A DNA stretch of 64,000 nt, from assembly GCA_034226945.1 (NCBI GenBank), contig CP120460.1, positions 372,001 through 436,000 of the forward strand, in the 5' to 3' direction. The notes under the pieces were generated by a model that saw nothing but the letters and a program-made list of their open reading frames with translations, made no database searches and was not told the origin of the DNA. This DNA comes from Picochlorum sp. SENEW3. Taxonomy: Eukaryota. Below are positions 35,967 through 46,667 of this stretch, piece after piece. Position numbers and translations under genes: made by a program. The first letter of the stretch is position 1, and each line of letters opens with the position of its first letter.

Positions 35967-38506
35967 ATGGATATGGACGACGAAGACTTTGAAGATTTTG
36001 ACGAGGAATTCTTTTCTACCATTGACAAGGTTGTTGAACAATACAAGGCGAGAAAGGATGCGGTACGGCAGGATGTGTGTGTTTTATGCTTCTATATACT
36101 CTTCATAGGCCTTACATTGCGCCAAACTGTGAATCACAGAGTCAGCACCAAGGTACCTTGTCTCCCTCTCAGGGGAGCCCACGGCATACGACGGTAGAGA
36201 ATGCTGGCCATGGTGTACCTCAGACTGGCGTGGAAAAGACGGAGGCTTTGAGGGTTCAGATGGAGCAGCCTGGGGGCTCTCAGGGTGGGCTGCAGTGGAA
36301 TGCTGTGAGCAAGTTTTCCAGGATTGCAGCACAGAGAAAGACTGGTGTTGGCAGCTTGGATACAGGGAGCGTTCAAGGGAGGCGGATGGATGGTACCACA
36401 AATGCAGCAGTAGTCGCAAAAACGACAGGGAATGGAATACAGCACCATCAGACTGTGAATGCTCCCGTTTTGGAAAGTGGACATGCTGAGCAGAGGGATG
36501 TCATCATGATGCCACAGCAAGCTCAGTTGTCTGAATTGCAGCGTCAGGTGAATAATTACAGACGTCAGCTGATGTTCAAGCAACAAGAGGTATGCTTTTT
36601 GGATATTGTCGTGGGTTCTTTTCCTTTTGTTTTTGGTCTTGTTTGCCTGAATCGATTTTCTTTCTCGGTACAGATTGATGAGCTGCGGCGGCAGTCTAGC
36701 AAAGCAACAAATATGCAAGTAGATGATCGTGGGGTGAGTAGGATGCACATCGATCCTTCAAAGACTGCTGCAGGAGTACCAGATGTGGAGGGGAATGCAC
36801 TGCAGGCGAGAGGTGTTGCTAGAAAAGTGGTGAATTCTCCATCAAGTGGTGTCAGGGATAATTCCCCATTGGTACTCGAGCAGCCTACGACGCCCACATT
36901 TGAGAAGAGTAATTCAGTGGAGGATGCTAGTATACCGTGCATTGTACCTGTCATGATGGCACCGCACACAGGGTCTCAACTTTCATTGACGGAAAGGCTT
37001 GCTGGGCATGGAAAAGATGTAGACTGCATCAGGGAGTACAAGTTGGTCAGGGAACGATTTGGCATGCAGCTTGATGATGTACAAATAACTGTATTGGGTA
37101 ATGTAGAACGAGAGCTAGGAAATAATAGACCAAACTTGAATGATGTGTCTATATTATTGCTATCAACAATGGTGCATGTGGTGCACACAGATGCCAAGAG
37201 TGTTGTGGGAAACTACATTACTCGTGAGGAAGATATTGAGAATTTCCTCAAGTTTGTAGATGCGTTATTTTCGATATTGAACGAATTTGTTGTGGATGGG
37301 GGCATTAGAGACAAACTGGAGGAATTTGCCCAAGAGTCTGGGGATCCGAATGAGATGATTCAATCGACGAAGAAAAGCATAACAACCGCCATTGTACATT
37401 TGCTGAAGATTTTGTTCCCGATGAATACTACGTTGGCCTACCACGCTCTGGAAAAGATTATTCAGTTCCTGTTGCTCAACACCTCGATGCATTCGGACAT
37501 GTTGACATCCATGTTTGTCCCAGTTCTTCAGTCAAAATCGTTTCAGATGATTCTGATGAAGTTTCCTGCGCTCAGGAATAAGCTTATTCAGATAATTCTA
37601 AACATGGTGGAGAGCAAAGATGTGCTTTCAAACATGGAATGCAGTGCCTCTTTAGAATTGAACGTGTCTCCTTCAAAGCAGCTTGCAAACAACCAATACA
37701 GGACGCCTTCCAGGCTCCGGCCGCGAGCGCATCGCCGGCACAGCATCGTACAGAAAAAGTTGGAGAATGCCGATATCGAGTTTCGCGAGAGCGCGTGGTC
37801 ACACAGACTGGTTCAAAGTGTGTGCCTCTGTTTGGCTGATGAATCCCAACATTGCTGGGACACAATCCGTCTGTGTCTGTCCTTCTTCGCCAGCCTTCTC
37901 CAGCGACATGCAGACGCGATTCTACGAAGTGTCATAGAAGAGTCACATTTCCATAATCTAGATGTGACAGACCTTGTGGGAGAGGAGCATGCATCTACCA
38001 TTGTTGCCAAATCATTACCTCTGCAGCTCATAGATGCTGCAAATAGGGCATCAGGGTCTCTCGGCACAGAACCGGGAATGCACATGATGCTTATTGAACC
38101 TGCATTACCAGATGGTTTTGACTATGCTGAGCAAAAATCCCATCTAAAACGGCTACGGGTTGTTCAGGAATGCCTCACCTTGCTGAGAGGATTCATGACC
38201 CATCCTATATTTGAAGGGCTGACCACAGAATCACTCTTATCAGACACCCATACAGTTCTATGTACACTAGAGAAGATGGCAAGGTACCAAAATATTTCGA
38301 GAACAGCGCAGAAGCAATTATTTGTGGGATATCCTCTATCTCCCTGGGTGCAAAGCATTGGCTCAAGCAGTGTGAAATCAAGTTTCTGCCCATCAGACGT
38401 TGTGACAAGGCGAGGAGGATTTGATAGCTATCCCAGCGTCGATGACGTCATTTATATAAGTCGAGGATTAAAATCTAGACTATTGACGAAATTAGCGGAT
38501 GGATAA
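35967..38506 (+). CDS. Uncharacterised protein, possibly ATRIP/SUV2-like; introns 36063-36139 and 36590-36673
   Basis: Acidic N-terminal DFDEEFFSTID, short coiled coil (LSELQRQ...IDELRRQ), helical C-terminal region; head-to-head with MCM6. CDS is solid, identity tentative. Confidence 0.55.
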
Positions 38507-38548
38507 TTGCTCGATAGCGAATTTCCTGCATTAATTTGAGACAAACTC

Positions 38549-39714
38549 ATGACTGTTCTCAGATTTCAAAGCATTGCCGATGTCGTTGCACAACGCCACA
38601 ATTTGAGTTGCGATTTTCGGAAATTGTTCTCTATAGCAGAGCATTACGCCTCGTGCAGGGGAACACCGGAGTTGCTGTCAAAATATGGTACGACCCCTTG
38701 TACAGCTGGTGTGGCTGGCTGCAGGTCTTGACCTATCTCTGATACATATATTCAGGTTCTCCAATCGACAATCGACAGCATTTGATATCCATTAAGAATC
38801 AAATCACATCTGATGTGGCTTGGTTTAATAAAGAACGAGTGAAGAAGCCACAGCAGTTTGTTCAGACAAGCAACCAGGTGTCAGACACGGGTGTTTCAAA
38901 AAATTCATGTGATTTTTGTTCTTGGGAGGTCTTGACAGCAGAGGATGATTTTGGACGTATCGAAGGAGAGTTTTGTGTTACTGCATCCAATCTATTCAAG
39001 TACGTAGCACCGTATCAAGCGGTTTGTATCTTCAAACACCATGATCCACTATGTTTCTCCCTGGAAATGCTGTCGGATATGTTTAGCGTGTCCAACGCAT
39101 GGTTTGATAAATGCTACTTAGATTACCAGAATAGAAACGGAGAAGGAGCGAAAGGTCGTCTGTACCCGTTAATGGTTTGGAATTGTGGTGGAAGGAGTGG
39201 CGCTAGCCAAGTTCATGGTCATTCTCAGCTACTGGCAAGTGATCGGCAGTTCCCTCTTCAAGAGGTGTTACAGCGACACGTTTTCAACGAGTATGATGGA
39301 AATTATTACCATGATGTTTTCCAAGCACACACAGAGGTTGGTCTGTCACGTGGCGATGCTGGGCGTGCTGGCATGTTTGCCTCTTTGTGTCCTCTGAAAG
39401 ACAGAGAGGTCTACAGTTTCGGAAACGATTTGACGGACGCTGAATTTGTCAAAACTGTTCATTGCAGTCTCAGAGCAATGATTGATATACTAGATACGTC
39501 TAGCTTCAATGTTGGGGTATATCCGCGTTACGAAGGGGGCCGAATGGACCAAGGCGTTGTATGTAGAATTGTGTCGAGGGGAAAGCAGAGCAGCAAATCC
39601 CTAGCTTCCGACTACGGAGGAATGGAAGTATTTACAGGTGCATCAATTGTTCATACGGATCCATATGATTACATGAAAGCATACGATATTCAATATCAGT
39701 CATATGCTGGATGA
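38549..39714 (+). CDS. GalT/HIT-superfamily nucleotidyltransferase-like protein; intron 38688-38755
   Basis: CDFC zinc motif, SNLFKY, GASQVHGHSQ (HxHxQ of the GalT branch). Confidence 0.72.
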
Positions 39715-39726
39715 TTTGGTTTTGGA

Positions 39727-42700
39727 TTACATCTGTGGTCTTGTTTGTACAACTGTAATAACATTGTCTGGATCAATAACGCCTTCCACATCCTGTGGAC
39801 TCTTGAGTGATTTTTCAATTGCTGCTCCCGTCTTGCAAACCCTTGACATGATGTCCTTGGCAAACTCTGGGTCGGTTAGAATTTGATCGGATGAATAATC
39901 TACAAGTTCTTGTGTCATGACAGCTGTCGTGACTGAGTCATACAGGCCTGCACCAGCATAGCCCTCGAGATCTTCTCCATTAGAATCTGAGCGGAAGATA
40001 AGGCTCTCTTCCCTGACAAACATACCCTGAGATTTCGATGGGTACAGTACAATTTTGGGATTTTCGAGGTCATTCTTTTTTGCTGTAAAGGCAAGTGCCG
40101 AGCCTGGTACAGTTCCAGAGACAATAGATTCGCCCATGCCCTTGACCAGTTCACAATAGATTTCGTCCTCGTCTCCCGTCATTGGATTTGTGGTATGAAT
40201 GACGAAAGCATATTTTGCCTGAACAACTTTTTGGACTAGTACAGCCATGGTGACATCATCAAAATCAAGGCCTACACGCTTGGTTGAAGTAAATGCCCTT
40301 TCATTATATTTTGATGCCCAGACTGCTTTCAGGGCTCTAAAGGCTTGGTACCACGCATCACTATCTTTTGGAGCAGAGATTCCATTTGATTTCATCGTTT
40401 GTGCAAGGTCTTTCTGGACTTCTTCAGGAATCTCCATGCCCATGATGAGCTCTCGACAGGTACTTAATGCTTTTGTGTCTCCATTTCTTGCATCCTTTAC
40501 AGACTTCTCCAATTGGGAAGCTATATCCGCGTTGATTGGAGATGACATTGCTGCTTCGAAACTTCCAAACGGTAACGCAATGGAAGAGGGAAGGGAAATC
40601 CATTCAGGTAATTTTCCTCGGAGGCTTGCCAAGTTTTTGGACTTTGCACCGACAACCCCATTCTCAAAACTGTCAATACCGATGGACCACTCCTTGCACC
40701 ACGTTGGCTTCGCTACTGAAAGCTTTTTCTTTGTTTTAGCATCATTAGAAGCAGATTCGGAGGAAGCAACGGCAGAGGAATCCACTTCTTCCCAAGAGAC
40801 AGCTCCAGCAGCATTTGTGGTAATGGTGATATACTTCTCATTCAGTTCCTCAAGGGTTTCCAATGGTTCTGCTTCGTGGCAAGCACCAAACAAAGCCTTC
40901 ATATTCCTGCATCGTACTGACAAGTGTGACAGCACATCAGGGGCATCGCCGGACAGGATACCAACGACACCAAGAGGAACCTCTTCTTCCCCAGTCACTC
41001 TTGATGCTAATAATATTGTAGGCTTTTTGTAGACTTCGTCCGCTACAACGTGCAAATCAGGGACCATGAGAAGCTTTCCAGTTGTTTTCTCAACTGGACT
41101 GATGACCTGCCAGGCCCCCATTTCAGCAGCAGATCTCAAATTTTGCTCTATAGAACTGAGAACAAGACTTACTGCAAACGCTGGCCCACCCCTGACAACC
41201 TCCTCGGCAAACAATTGCACAGACCATTCTTCGCATCCAAATGCATTTCCTAAAAGCGAGCTGATATCTTGCAGCGTATTTACCATGGTGTCTGATGCAT
41301 CAGCAAGCGCTCTACGTATCCGCTCAATCACTGCCATCCCTCGCAATGCCTGGTCTTTTGAGGGATATCCCCCATGCTTAACTTCATCATCTAGATCCTG
41401 CCAGGCTTTCAAACAATAGCATATTTCCTCATTGTTCTCAAGCGACAAGGCAAGATTCTGTAGTAGTGGAGTCATCAGGGACGCAGCACTGGAGCCTGCA
41501 GCTCCAGCACCCCTCTCTGCTGCTGCTCTGACAATGTTCTCTAATGCCAAATCCAAATACATAATCTCCCTGTGGTCTCCCAGCATGCCATTGATTTCTG
41601 CTCGGCACTCAACCGCCGCTTCCATCAATGATAACACATTGCTCGAGTTTTGTTGGCCCAGAACAAATCCCAAGTATGACTTTGCGGATGCAGGGACAAA
41701 GTCAGATGCGGCAGAGGCAGAAGCTTGGAGATCAGCCCCTGAATGGGTCGCCTTCAAAATACCCAAATAATTCTCAAAGTCCCGAATCAGGTTTTCCTTT
41801 TTGTCTCCCATAAACTCTGGCAACGTTACAATAGGACGATCAAAGGACTCGAGGCGCTCCCGGGTAATTCCGTGGTCAGACAGGGTGCCCCAGTATGCTC
41901 CGATATCCCCATCAGTCTTGAGAAAGGCAATGTATGCTTCACAGATACCAACATCATCAGGAGTTGTATTATTATGAAGTTTCTGATGAAACTCTTCCAT
42001 CCAAGTTCCCTTGACCTCCTTAACCTTGTTGCGGTGCATAATGTTCAAAATCTCATCTCTCACAGCTTGAGCATTGCCTCCCCGACCAACGGTCGTTAGG
42101 CACAACCGAGCAAATTCTTTCGCTTGTCCTTGTAAAGAAGAATATACATCGCTGATCTTATGAGTCAGCCTTTCCTGTGCTGCTCCCAAAATCCTTGGCT
42201 GGGTATTGTAGTTTCTTTGCCAGGTCAACTGCCTGATGGCACTGTACCTGAGCCAAACAAATATGGTCGCCATGGCCTTCTCCGCTGGCTCAAATCTACC
42301 TTGAACGATATCTTCCAGTAAATCTGAAGCTTTATTGAAGCGATGCATGAGGGTCCACGCACCCGACTTGACCTCACAGTCAATTATCGTCTGACTCAAC
42401 TCATCCACCTCTCCCACCTCATCAACAGACTTGGAAGCGTCTTTCGCAAGCAATGGGGCCAAGAAATCAGATCCACCGTCTTTCCACCATCTTGATCCGT
42501 CATCACTACGGAGGACAAATGAAATTGCAGACACTTTGGCATTACCTGGCACACTCAGCTCCACGCGCTGCAGAGGAACTATACTTCCACCAATCTCAAT
42601 ATGGCATTCTTCATCAGAGCAACTCTTGAACGGCGTCTCAGCAGCAATACCATCAGGTACCAAGTCGCTATCTCCTGACAGTAAAGCCACATCCGGCTTC

Positions 42701-44302
42701 TTCCAAGATCTTCCACCTTTCCTCACTCCCCAATGCATGACAAGTTCTGAAGGGTTGTCAGTCGTCAAAACCAACTTGTAAGGATGTTCATCTCCTTCCT
42801 TCCAGACAGACACCAACATCTCCGACTTGGACCCTAACGAGTATACACGATGCCAGATACAATCTTCGTCTTCTCGTGCCATTTTCCATAAAGGCTGTAA
42901 TGGCTTTGGTGTCTTTTTATGAACCTCAGAGAGCCTTGGAGCACCAGACCTATGAATAAGATCCAAGGGATTTCGATATCTGATTCCAATACCTTCTCCA
43001 ACAGTATACTGTACTTCATCAACTTGCTTCTCTTTCGGTGTCTCCACCACGTCATCACGCTGCGCCTCTTCACGCACGTGCTGCGTCTCTTCTGCCCCAG
43101 CCATGTTCATATCATGCCTAATATCCTCCATTGTCTTTCCTTCCCCAAGCAACTGGACAATCTCGGCTCGAGCAGCCTGTCCAAAATCAGCACCATCAGG
43201 CTTCCCAGCCTGTTCCCACATCAAGTAGGCCCTGAAATTCACGACATCCTGATCAACATCCACATCTCCACCATCCTGTGGTTCTGCTGCTGGCATGGGC
43301 CGTTGCGTCCACATCATCTCTTGCTCCCTCGCAAACGCCTTATACCTCTCCACGCCATCTTCAGCAACCTTTTGCAAATCATTCAAACTACACCCTTGCC
43401 TCAAAAACATGGCAATCTCCCTGATTGCATTCTGGTATTCTCGGTCAGCCTCCTCTTGACTCCTATTAGGACACCCAGATGCCTCCCATTTCATGTACGA
43501 CCACACACCAGACAGATCTTGAGGAATAGAGGGGATCTCCTCCTCCCTCAACAACACCTTTTTCTGATTCTGCTGCACCATCTCGTCCGCACTGCCACTC
43601 CCCACTGACACCTTGCTCTCATCTACAAGGCTTATGGGAACATGGAAATTGCTCCCATTGATATCATACCACTCCCCAGACGCCGTATCCTTGACAACAA
43701 AATTCAAATACCTGGCAGGATCATCGTTACGAAGCCGTATCTCGACACCCCCATCCCCAAACCGAGTCTGCAACGCCCTCCTTTTATACTCCACTGTACC
43801 CTCTGGCCACACCTCCTTCCCAGGCAGCCTCCAACCTTCCCCTTCGTTACCTTCCAGCCCCCAATGCAACAACAATTTACCAGGAATATCACTCTCAATT
43901 CGAACAATCCTATCCCCATCATCGCTGACGATTGTCTCAGCAGTCACTCGCTTCCCCTTGCCTGCGTCATAGTCCCTCCGATACGCAACACTTGCATCCG
44001 TCGCTGCGTTTATATGCTTTATAGATGAATAATTTTTACGTGTACGATTGGCAGTACCCAGGAAGACAGACGCTCTCTGTCGATCCCAACAGCGACGCTG
44101 ACTGCTGCCGGATCGTCGGAATCCGTCCCTGCACAAACCCGAACAATCACAGTCATAATTATATTCATAATTGTCTTTGTGATAATACTAGAACATTGAC
44201 GCACCGTGAGTAGCTATGATTACCCTTGTCGAGAGGGTGTTTGAACACAAGCCCTCTCGTACCCTCAAAGACCTTTGATTGCAAGGGAGATGAATAGGTC
44301 AT
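39727..44302 (-). CDS. GWD1: Alpha-glucan water dikinase (R1); exons 44302-44205 and 44128-39727
   Basis: Two CBM45 (LHWG, MHWG), LMHRFN, HQKLHNNTTPDD, phospho-His PDVLSHLSVR, GAKS, RSDSNGEDLEGYAGAGLYDS, VQTRPQM. Confidence 0.96.
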
Positions 44303-44480
44303 GATATAAATACACTTTTTTTATATGTGGTTATCTAATATTCGATATTCATGTGCGTTTGTGTGCATGAGCACATGCATGATTTTTTCGTATCCAATTA
44401 CGGATCCTTGCCAATCATTGGCCATTATAATGCATTAGGCTTGTATTGAAAAAGTGAAAACCTACCAGTATAAAAAGAAT

Positions 44481-45227
44481 ATGTATGCGAATACATTGAT
44501 GCAGTCGGCTGCTATTGGCTCTTGTGGCCGTCGACAAATGACGAAACCAGGAAACTTTCTAGAATGTGGTGGCGTGCGTCGAGTAGGACGATCAACGCGG
44601 CGTATGGAGTCATTAATATGTCATTCTGTGAGGGCGAGATGGTGTTTTGATTGCAAATATGGAACGAAGAACCTTGGAGCAGAGTTGTTGGTGGAATGGG
44701 TGGAACGAATTGGAACAATGGCTGAGCCTGGTTTAACGTCTGAGAATGCGCGTATTAGTAGTGGAAGTGTTGGTAGTCCTGAGAGTCGATTAGAGCTGGA
44801 AGTGGAGTTTGAGTCGTTAGAGGCACTGGAGAGGTTTTGGTCGAGCATCCCAGTGGAAGAGCACAAGGGTTGGAGTGCCAAGATTGGAGAGGTGATGATT
44901 GATGGATCGCCGACCTGGGAGATTTATAGATCAATTGATGTTTTTGCTCGTGGTGGAGGCAGTGAGATGTTGGAGATTGCGACGGACGAGGATATTAAGC
45001 AGTATGCAAGTGGGGGGGAGAGCAGTGGCAGTCGTCGCACTACAGGTGTAATTGGTCGGCAGAGGGTTCGGCATGAAACGCAGAGTGACGATACGGTACG
45101 CATATCAAAAAGTAGCAGCGATGAAGAGGATAATGGCGAAGAGGGTGGAGGCAAGATAGTATTGGATTGGAAAGGGGATCCAATGACGATACGGCCAGGA
45201 GACAAGCTGCCTTTTCGATTTGAATAA
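44481..45227 (+). CDS. Uncharacterised, probably organelle-targeted protein with a small alpha/beta domain
   Basis: Open frame with transit-like N-terminus; core SGSVGSPESRLELEVEFESLEALERFW...HKGWS...DGSPTWEIYR. Confidence 0.7.
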   Translation: MYANTLMQSAAIGSCGRRQMTKPGNFLECGGVRRVGRSTRRMESLICHSVRARWCFDCKYGTKNLGAELLVEWVERIGTMAEPGLTSENARISSGSVGSPESRLELEVEFESLEALERFWSSIPVEEHKGWSAKIGEVMIDGSPTWEIYRSIDVFARGGGSEMLEIATDEDIKQYASGGESSGSRRTTGVIGRQRVRHETQSDDTVRISKSSSDEEDNGEEGGGKIVLDWKGDPMTIRPGDKLPFRFE

Positions 45228-45269
45228 TACTCTACTGGACACCATGCCAGTCTATTCTATTACTATGCA

Positions 45270-46157
45270 TTACACAGTAAACTCTCTGAATTTTAAATAT
45301 GATCCGCACGAAGGGACTGCTGCTTCTGGGCTACTTCCACCATAAAATGTTTGTATGGACACACCTCCAATCTGGAGGTGTGGTTGGCTTCTCCATGTCA
45401 GGCCAGAGCAGGATACACTCCTGTCGTTTACTGTGAGCTGTACAGATCCATCATGTGATCCGATGTGGTTCAGAGTAAGGGATATGGATACATCGTTCCA
45501 AGCCCCTTTGGTGAATGTGAGAGGTCCTGTATGCCACAGGTGACAGCCCTTCTTTGTCATATGGCAGCAATCTCGAAATTCCACAGATTGGGCTTGCAAA
45601 GCTCCTTCTTTCGTCCCTGAAGTAGATACTTGCAATGGTATATAGACGTACAGGCAGGCAATACCTTTCCTTTGCCATACTACTCTGACAGACCCAGCAT
45701 TTGCCTCCCAGTTTCCTCCAGAAGCACCAGGCGATCCAATGAATAAACCCGGAAGTTTCCCGCCTCGAACCCAGTCAAAGTCATTGCCAATATATACTTT
45801 ATACGAAAATGTAGCAGAGATGGATGGGAATGCATGCTGAGGAGCTGCAAAGAGGCCAAATCCAGAACAACTGCCCACCTTGCCAGGAGCATAGTCTATT
45901 CGAAGGGATGGCTGGCTCGATGTTCGAGTACTATCACCTTCCGCAGAGATCCGTGCAATTACCTTCTTTCGTGACCGTATAACGTTCCATGGTGGTTGGT
46001 TCTTCTCTGGAATTGGCAGTAGAAAAGGCAGGAGTAACCTATGGTTCCCTGGTATGAATGACGATGCTACTGGCTTCTGCTCACGGCGATCATTCTTGTC
46101 TATCTCGTCAATGACATATTTTTTAATTACTTTCTTCGTGTAACTCCAAAAGCTCAT
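45270..46157 (-). CDS. Polysaccharide lyase family 14 (chlorovirus vAL-1-like)
   Basis: LRIDYAPG, FSYKVY...FDWVRGGKLPGL, SVRVVW, HDGSVQLTVN, QTFYGGS. Confidence 0.85.
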   Translation of the reverse strand: MSFWSYTKKVIKKYVIDEIDKNDRREQKPVASSFIPGNHRLLLPFLLPIPEKNQPPWNVIRSRKKVIARISAEGDSTRTSSQPSLRIDYAPGKVGSCSGFGLFAAPQHAFPSISATFSYKVYIGNDFDWVRGGKLPGLFIGSPGASGGNWEANAGSVRVVWQRKGIACLYVYIPLQVSTSGTKEGALQAQSVEFRDCCHMTKKGCHLWHTGPLTFTKGAWNDVSISLTLNHIGSHDGSVQLTVNDRSVSCSGLTWRSQPHLQIGGVSIQTFYGGSSPEAAVPSCGSYLKFREFTV

Positions 46158-46667
46158 CTCTGTCCGCAAGAAAGATTGCCTTGGAGAAGGTCCCGCAGAG
46201 AAGGACAAGACAGCTGCTCGACGACTCTTGCAAGACCAATACGCAGTTTTGATGGTTTTCAAGACAAGATTCTATCTTTCTGAGTAGCCAAGTACCAATG
46301 GAGCCCTCAATACATGAATCATCGAACCAACGACTTTGGCGCAATTGTCGGTACCGAAATGGACACGTGCCACGCGTGGCCGTACGGTGGACAGTGATGA
46401 TGAGAACCCATCTGGAAGTTGTACAAACATGAAACGTTTTCATGTTTTGGGAAACTTATTTTCAAAATATTCAGATAAATTGTGACAGATTCAATGTTGA
46501 GATTTGGAGGCCTTTTCTTTGTTGTACGAATAGCTTGCAAGACGGTGTGCCACCGACGGAAACCGTTGCACCGAAGCGGTCTTAGAACACGGGAGCCTGG
46601 CCCTCAGGCGCAGCGCCTTACTTTCATTCATTAATTTGCACTCCTCTGGGTTACATCAAGAGCCAAC

